Shown here piece by piece: positions 57,292 through 64,000 of a stretch of DNA of 64,000 nucleotides. The notes beneath the pieces are model-generated. The model was not told the origin of the DNA. It saw only the letters and a list, made by a program, of their open reading frames with translations, and made no database searches. A program made the translations under genes and the position numbers. Source of the DNA: Zygnema circumcarinatum SAG 698-1b (Eukaryota; Plantae; Zygnematophyceae); NCBI GenBank assembly GCA_037447605.1, contig CM074810.1, forward strand, positions 1,832,880 through 1,896,879, given 5' to 3'. Within the stretch, counting starts at the first letter, position 1; every line of letters begins with the position of its first letter.

Positions 57292-59877
57292 TTAACTCGA
57301 TTTTTGCGAATTGTCTCTGAAAAACATCGATCTCGGGTACGAGCTTTCGACCGTCGGCGTTGTGGGCGACTTCGGACCCAACCCAACAAGTCCCATCGGA
57401 CTCAATGCCTTCAAATTCGAACAAGTTTCAATCGATTTTGGAGATAGCGAGTCAGTGCCTAGTGGGAAGAGAGTGTCTCCGGAGAACCCTTGGGATCCAC
57501 TCGCAGTGGAATCAGAGCTTGAACTTTTCTTCACATTTGATGAAATCGTCGCAGCCAATCGGAGCGTCTCGAAGAAAACCGCCCTCGACCCCGACATGGA
57601 TTTTGGGCTGTTCGATTTCATCTTCTGAGGGGGAAGTAGGGAGAGAAGCATTACGTTGTTTTTGCTTGCAAAAGGGACCGGACTTGAAGCCGGAGTGGGC
57701 CGAGGGAAGTCCATTGCCATTCTTCCAGAGGGAGGTGTCGAGGGACCCGATAGAAACCACGAGTGTGACATGATGTCACAGGCTCTCGGCCTCCTCTGCG
57801 GGTCTGCATGCATCATCTTTCGAATCAAGTCCTTCGCCGATTCCGAGACCCAAACCCACGGCCCCACCGACATCTGCAAATCTCCGCGGCGAATTCTCGC
57901 CGCCGTGTCTTGCACTGACGCCCCTTTGAACGGCAAAAAGCCTGCCCAAAAAAACAGAATGAAATCCTCGGTCAGCCAACCTGACCAAACTTCATCCCCC
58001 CTCACTCTCCCTCTCTCTCCCTCTCTCTCTCTCTCTCTTCCCCTCTCCCGCTCCCTTTCTCCCTCTCCCTCTCTTTCGCCCTCTCTCTCTCTCCCTCGCT
58101 CTCCCTCTCTCCCTCTCTCTCCCCCCCTCTCTCTCCCCCCCTCTCTCTCCCCCTCTCCCTCTCTCTCTCCCTCTCCCTCCCTCTCCCCCTCTCTCTCCCT
58201 CTCTCTCCCCCTCTCCCTCTCTCCCTCTCCCTCCCTCCCTCTTTCTCTCGCCCTCTTCTCTCCGACATGCAAAGCAAAAGAGAGACGAGGATTGAAAGGG
58301 CCGCAAGGGACTTACCAGACAGCATGACGTAAAGGAGAGCCCCGAGACTCCATACATCGGAGGCGCGGGAGCACGGCTGGTTCTTCACTACTTCCGGCGC
58401 CATATAGTAAACGGATCCGACCCATTTGCCCGCCTCCCCCTCGGGCCCCACGAGGCGAGCCAACCCAAAATCCGCCACTTTCGGCTCAACCGCGCCGTCC
58501 TCCCCTTGCGTGAGAAGAATGTTTTCAGGCTTCAAATCTCGATGGATGATGTTGTGTTCGTGGCAGAATGCGACCGCCGAAACAACTTTCCTGAACAGAA
58601 GAAAAAAGAGGGAGGAAAGAAAATCAGGGCACGATTCAAGTGAAGTTGTTAATCTTCTTTTCTTTTGCTTTCTTCTTCTTCCTCGTTTTTCTTCTTTTGG
58701 TAGGTTCGGGCAGGCTTTAGGATACGTGTGTTTCCTGACCTGAATATTGACGACGCCAGTTCTTCAGGGAGCCATTTGTGCTTGTCGATGAGGTTGTAGA
58801 GATCTCCGCCCATGCACCGCTCCATAATGATGTGCACGCTCGACTCATCCTCCAAAACCTCCACGTGTCGAACGATGTTTGGATGCCTTGACAACAAACC
58901 CATAAGGCTCGTCTCTGTTCGCACGCCGTCTGTTGCTTCGCCGGGCTGCCCAAAAACAAAAAATAGAAACAAAATTTAATACTAGGAAGCAGGTCGTTCA
59001 TGGCCTCACAGGGGACCCACCCACCGACCCACCGACCGTCTTTGAGAGCATTATGAAGGGGGGGAAGAGGGGAGAAGAATGGGCTTCTTACCGGAAGCTT
59101 CTCCTTGACTATGGTTTTGCATGCATAGGATTGGCCGTCGGTTTGGGAGGCGCATGCCCGGACGACTCCGAATTGGCCTCTCCCCAACTCCTCGAACACG
59201 AAGTACTTCTCCTGGAGGGCGCTCGTCTTACTGTTCACATGCGGCAGTTTCAGTTTCAGTTCCGTTCTGCCCAACGCGGAGGGGACCAGTTCAGCCGTCC
59301 AGCTGGAGGTCTGCTCTTTCCCTGCATTCGCTCAAAGTAAAACGTTGTTACTAAAACGAAATGCATGCGGTCATCCTCGACGGAACAGTGAATGGAAGCA
59401 TAGAGACACGGTTCTGCACTCTCCAAACCCTCGGATACCCCAAAAAAATTCTCCCTCCTCTCCCTCCTCTCCCTCCCTCCCTCCCCCTCCCTCCTCCCTC
59501 CCTCCTCCCTCCCTCCCTCCCTCCCTCCCTCCCTCCCTCCCTCCCCTGACGTCTCAAGATCACGCACCTGGCCAGCGGTCCACCTTCGTCTCCGGAACAT
59601 TCACGCTTTTGATCCACTTCGCCATCTTCTCCAGAGCGCCAAGGCCATGGCTGTCTTGCCTCTCCAGCCGCGGCCGCTTCTCTGGCACCTCCCTCTCTCT
59701 CCTCTCCCTCTCTCCCTCCCTCTCCCTCTCCCTCTCTCCGTCAAAGCTCGGCCCCACCTCCGCCTCAAAGTCTTCAAGCAGCAGCTCCAGCCTTCCAGGC
59801 CGCATCCCTGCCCTCTTCTTCTGGACCCGCGGCCCCCCCAACTGCAGCGCTGGACCCTCCGCCCTAATGCACTCCAT
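57292..59877 (-). CDS. Ser/Thr kinase of the CDPK/SnRK superfamily lacking EF-hands (PEPRK/PEPKR-like), 5 exons, ~556 aa
   Basis: Exons 59568-59877, 59092-59321, 58740-58945, 58316-58590, 57292-57941. LGRGQFGVV, YACKTI, HPNIV, HRDLKPENILL, DFGLA, YYMAPE, DVWSLG, VSESAKDLIRKM, then an S/P-rich tail with no EF-hand. Confidence 0.9.
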
Positions 59878-60732
59878 TCTTCTCCTCTCGTCTCTCTCTC
59901 TCTCACTATCACTCTCTATCACCCTCTCCTCCTTCCCGCTCCCACACTCCCCTCGACTCCTCGTCCCTGTGATAATGCCCCTCTCCCACCGTCGCTCTAC
60001 CCCCCTTGAGTCTGTCCCTCTCCCTCTATCCCTCTCTCCCTCGTTGTCCCGCTCTGTCTATTAAGGCGCCCGGCGAGCAATTTGCGGGCGGGCCGCCAGT
60101 GGGCGGGCGCCAGCTGGCGCGCCCTCAGGCCCCGCCGCGCGGCCGACGTCACGCCGATCAAGCGCGGCTGCCGGCGCCGACCCGTGACGTGACAAATCGT
60201 GACGTGACGCAACATGACATGGGTAGGATGGGACGTACGTATCGCGACCAGATCGAACGTCGTGTGACGTGATAGTACGGCCGGGTGCCAGAGGAGATGA
60301 AGATTCAGGAGCGGGTGACGGGCGGGCGCACCTGGCACGTGCGGGGGAAAACGTTTTGAAACGTGCCCGGAAAGAATTTCGAGGCGTTGATTGGTGGAAA
60401 ATGGCACGGACAGGCGAGTTTGGCCTTCTGGAAAATGTTTCTCCTGACCGGCTTGGCTGTTGTCGGCACCCGTTGTCGTTTTGAGGCTTCAATAATGTTC
60501 GTACGACGATGATTCTTCTGAATCGGCACTTGAAGATCTGATGACAGTTGTCAATTTTGTCTTTTGTTTAGGGCTGATAGTTCTCGTTGGAAATGAGCGA
60601 GCTGGCAGCGACCGGAAGTTCGACTTTCACCACAGGGCTGCCAGCTGGCGATGCGACAAGCGTTGCCTCTGCCGGCCGCTTGCCCTATTATTCGACAGCT
60701 GTCTGTCGCAATTGTTCGTACAGAAAGTCGTA

Positions 60733-63700
60733 CAGTGGGGGGTCCTCGTATTTACCACCCCAAGGAGTGCGCCCTCAATATTTTCGCCCCAATTTTGCCG
60801 AAACCACTTTTTTGTACGGTAACTTGTGTTAGCCGTACTGTCCGTATTGTTCGTACTATCTGTATTAGCCGTTACGAGCTTACGCAAAACGCACCTAATC
60901 TCCCCGCTCGTTCCGCCGTAAGAGGCGCTCGCTCTTCTCCCCGTCTTCTTGACTTCGATACGATACGATGCGATACGATATGTTCAATACGATACGAAAC
61001 TCCCCGATACGGTACTATCCGTACTAGCCGTACGAGCTGTAGTAGCCGTTACGGGTTCGCATTTAAACTCTCCGAATTTTCCCGCCCTTGCCGCCGCGAG
61101 AGGCGCTCGCTCCTCTCCTCTTCTTCTTGGCTTTGGCTTTGTCTTACTGCTGCAAGCTCATCAACACACACACAAACACACACAGTACACACACACACAC
61201 ACAGATCACACAGTACATTCACCATCAAAAGAAGGCGGCACGATCTCTTTTATGCGCTTATACCATGGAGGAGGAAAATCCAACAGTGAAGGAGGCAGCA
61301 CCACCACCACCACCAAGCACCGCCGCGGAGGTGCTGAGGGAGATACGAACGCTCCTGCCACCTGGAAGCGACACTCGATGTCGAACACCTGAGGCTGCGC
61401 TGGTTTACATTCGTAATCTTCTCTCTACTTCATCTCGTCATCGATTTGAAGTGTACAACCCTCCAGGTGATGGTCACTGTGTCCTACGGTGCGTGGTAGC
61501 TTCCCAATTCGGGTTTGAGAGGAGCAAAGACACGGACACTATTTGGGAATTGAGGTCAAAAATCAGCGAAGCTCTTTGTGCCAATGTGGAGTCGTTCCTT
61601 GATGATGGAAGCTTAGACATCATGTTGCTGGAGATAGATCTGTCTTTGGTTATTGATAACTTAGACGCGGACGAGAAGAAAATGTTATGGGGCTTATATT
61701 GTGACGAGTTCAAGGAGCAGTACCCGGACCACCAACCTCTGTATGCAGGCCATGCATCACTTCTTGCCATTAAGGACTTCATTTTCCCAGAGAAGAGGAT
61801 AGTGTTTGTGAGTACACAGATTAAAGGCGGTCAATCAGAAGATTCTTCATATCTTATTGGCTCTACAATGGTAGTGGCAGATGAATCAGAGTTGGCTGAT
61901 GACTGTAATCTAGTACTTTTACTTTATATAGACTCCATTCAGCATGCGTGTCTTATCTATGAGGTGACGACTGACGAGAATGGTGGAGCAGTCGAGCCAC
62001 AAAGCACTTCTCATCAAGAACAAACGAAGACTGTCCCTCAAACTCTTCCAGGCATTTGGTCATATAGTGCGAAGAGCACCTTCTTCAATGGCACCATCAG
62101 ACGTCGGAGAGAAAGGAAGGCGAAGGTGGTGCTTTCACATGAGATGAAGCTGGGCCTTCTTAACGATATCAGCAGATATGGTGTGTCAACTCTCTCTGTC
62201 GCAAAGAAGTACAATGTCACTCGACGCACTGTGCAGAATATGTTGAAGCGTAAAGACAAGATCATCGAAGCAACTCTGAATCCGAGAACGACAAAACGCA
62301 AACACATTCTTGTGAAGCTGAAGTTTCCTGCCCTTGATGCGTTGGTCCAAGCATTTGTCCAGCAACTCCGTGATCAAGGGTTCCCTATCACTTCCCAAAT
62401 TATTAGAGACTTTGCGCTTGTAATGGCTACAAACATGGGGATTAGCGAGGATGAATTCAAAGCTAGTGAGCGATGGGCTAGGAAATTTTCTGAAAGAATG
62501 GGTTTGTGCTCGAGAAATCTTCACGGAGAAGCTGCTTCAGCATTGGTGCACGATGTGTCTGGCCCAATAAAGGATCTAAGGAAACGTTTGGAAGGATATC
62601 CTTTGGAGAATATATACAATATGGACGAAACAGGGTTATTTTACCGGTTGCTTCCCAAGAAAACGTACGTTACAATGCGTGAGGATAGAAAAACTATCAG
62701 AGGAACAAAGCAGATGAGGTCCAAGGATAGGATATCTTTATACTGTGCGACTAATGCGACTGGTACTCACAAAATACCGCTCGGTGTAATCGGCAAATCA
62801 AAGAATCCAACAGTGTTTGGTAAAGGGAAGGAGGCTATCTTACGCGATTTGGGCTTGGCCTATTTTAGCCAGGCAAATGCGTGGTCAGATGGTTCTACTA
62901 TGACAAGGTGGCTTCGAGAGGTCTTCCTTCCGGCTACGAAGACAAAGAAAAAGAGCGGCAGGATAGCACTTTTACTAGACAACTGTGGTCCTCACAATAT
63001 GAAAGCAAAGGGCGAGAAGACCATAACGTCGAGCGATAGCCTGTCGTGTGAAAAGCTCGCCTCCGTGGAGAATGTCGATATTCTTATGCCACCTCCAAAT
63101 GTGACATCCCTTCATCAACCAATGGACCAAGGAGTAATCTCCATGACAAAGAAGAACTATCGATATCGTTTACTGATGGAGTGGAGCAAGCTATTCATGG
63201 ATCGAAAGCTGTTGGCTGCGCTCTCCAAAGGGAAGAAGAAAGGATCCAGGGGCCTTTGTGAAGGTGCTCAGCCTCATTTGCTGGATGCTTTGAGCATTCT
63301 TTCTGCCGTTTGGAGAGATTCTGTTACTACAGAGGCTATTGCTAGGTGTTGGATCAAGGCAGACATCCTTCCAGCTTCCTACAATGCTTCATACAATGAT
63401 GACGGCAACAAGGCAAACCCAGTCGAAGATAGCACAGAGGAGATAGTCAATGAGGTTGAAGAAGTGCAAAACTATGAAGAGGAGAAGGATATCGTGGAGC
63501 AACTGTGTTCAGTCTTTGCGGACATCGACTTGGCCTTCGGTGGATCTACTGTGGACTCGCTTGTGTCTCAGGGTCTTGACGAAGATGTCATTAACTGCAT
63601 GGCGTCCATAAAGTCAGCTGAGTCTATTGAGAAGCTATTGCATTCATGGGTGACGATTGAAGACAACCAAGATGTAAGAGAGGCGATCGTGGAAGACTTT

Positions 63701-64000
63701 GTCGGAGACTTAGAGCGGCAAGCACTCAAGAACTTACCATCGCAGGACCACGAGAATGATGCACAGAATCAAGAGCAACAATCAATGCTCAATGGCAACG
63801 AGGAAGAAGAGGAGGAAGGTGAAGAACTAAACGAAAAAGGAAGCGACCTCCAACATCAAACAGGCTCTTTTATTGCCGCCGCCAATGCCACTGAGCAGCT
63901 TCAACTTCCTGACTTGGAGGAGGCTCTCTCTACCCTGAACGATTTTGATACCATGCTGAACAACATGGGAGGTCACGGGTCGAAGGCAATGCTTCATCTT
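60733..64000 (+). mobile_element. pogo/Tigger-type DNA transposon (left end; runs out of the window)
   Basis: TA|CAGTGGGGGGTCCTCGTATTTACC at 60731-60756 fits the pogo TA target plus CAG(T)..CCTCG terminus. Subterminal repeats and a full transposase ORF follow. Confidence 0.85.
61265..64000 (+). CDS. OTU-like protease - CENP-B-type HTH - DDE_1 (DD48D) pogo transposase fusion, 3' partial (>=912 aa)
   Basis: Hand translation from accATGG at 61265 finds no stop to the window end. OTU-like PPGDGHCVLRCV (C72) and LLYIDSIQH (H227); HTHs VLSHEMKLGLL..SVAKKYNVTRRTVQNMLK and FKASERWARKF..LHGEAAS; catalytic NMDETG (D454), LLLDN (D572), QPMDQGVI (D621); acidic C-terminal tail. Confidence 0.9.
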   Translation, partial: MEEENPTVKEAAPPPPPSTAAEVLREIRTLLPPGSDTRCRTPEAALVYIRNLLSTSSRHRFEVYNPPGDGHCVLRCVVASQFGFERSKDTDTIWELRSKISEALCANVESFLDDGSLDIMLLEIDLSLVIDNLDADEKKMLWGLYCDEFKEQYPDHQPLYAGHASLLAIKDFIFPEKRIVFVSTQIKGGQSEDSSYLIGSTMVVADESELADDCNLVLLLYIDSIQHACLIYEVTTDENGGAVEPQSTSHQEQTKTVPQTLPGIWSYSAKSTFFNGTIRRRRERKAKVVLSHEMKLGLLNDISRYGVSTLSVAKKYNVTRRTVQNMLKRKDKIIEATLNPRTTKRKHILVKLKFPALDALVQAFVQQLRDQGFPITSQIIRDFALVMATNMGISEDEFKASERWARKFSERMGLCSRNLHGEAASALVHDVSGPIKDLRKRLEGYPLENIYNMDETGLFYRLLPKKTYVTMREDRKTIRGTKQMRSKDRISLYCATNATGTHKIPLGVIGKSKNPTVFGKGKEAILRDLGLAYFSQANAWSDGSTMTRWLREVFLPATKTKKKSGRIALLLDNCGPHNMKAKGEKTITSSDSLSCEKLASVENVDILMPPPNVTSLHQPMDQGVISMTKKNYRYRLLMEWSKLFMDRKLLAALSKGKKKGSRGLCEGAQPHLLDALSILSAVWRDSVTTEAIARCWIKADILPASYNASYNDDGNKANPVEDSTEEIVNEVEEVQNYEEEKDIVEQLCSVFADIDLAFGGSTVDSLVSQGLDEDVINCMASIKSAESIEKLLHSWVTIEDNQDVREAIVEDFVGDLERQALKNLPSQDHENDAQNQEQQSMLNGNEEEEEEGEELNEKGSDLQHQTGSFIAAANATEQLQLPDLEEALSTLNDFDTMLNNMGGHGSKAMLHL

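Overview
Eukaryotic, intron-rich DNA of the green-plant lineage. Plant-type SMT1, FKBP42, GAD, RCI2 and PEPRK-like genes, TTTAGGG telo-boxes and CT/GA-rich introns suggest a streptophyte alga, but that is inference. It is a draft scaffold with N10/N100 gaps, and most ORF-track entries are microsatellite artefacts. Genes rebuilt by hand from splice sites: SMT1 (-, 12 exons) head-to-head with NIP7 (+); a motor-less coiled-coil protein with a kinesin-12-like stalk motif (+); an ABHD14-like hydrolase (-); the 5' part of FKBP42/TWD1 (-, cut by a gap); two tandem membrane-anchored FkbM-family methyltransferases (-); an intronless F-box/PP2-like gene (+); glutamate decarboxylase (+, middle lost in a gap); RCI2/PMP3 (-); and a CDPK-superfamily kinase without EF-hands (-). 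Mobile DNA includes a 908-bp MULE-like MITE with an 8-bp TSD, a nest of small MITEs with ANT target duplications and a 2.5-kb nested fold-back. Top finding: a pogo/Tigger-type transposon starting at 60733 whose uninterrupted ORF (61265 to >64000, missing from the ORF track because it has no stop in the window) joins an N-terminal OTU-like cysteine-protease domain to an intact DD48D transposase. Second finding: strong over-representation of the exact CCAAT-N9-CCACG (ERSE-type) motif, often in pairs, with one pair carried inside a MITE.
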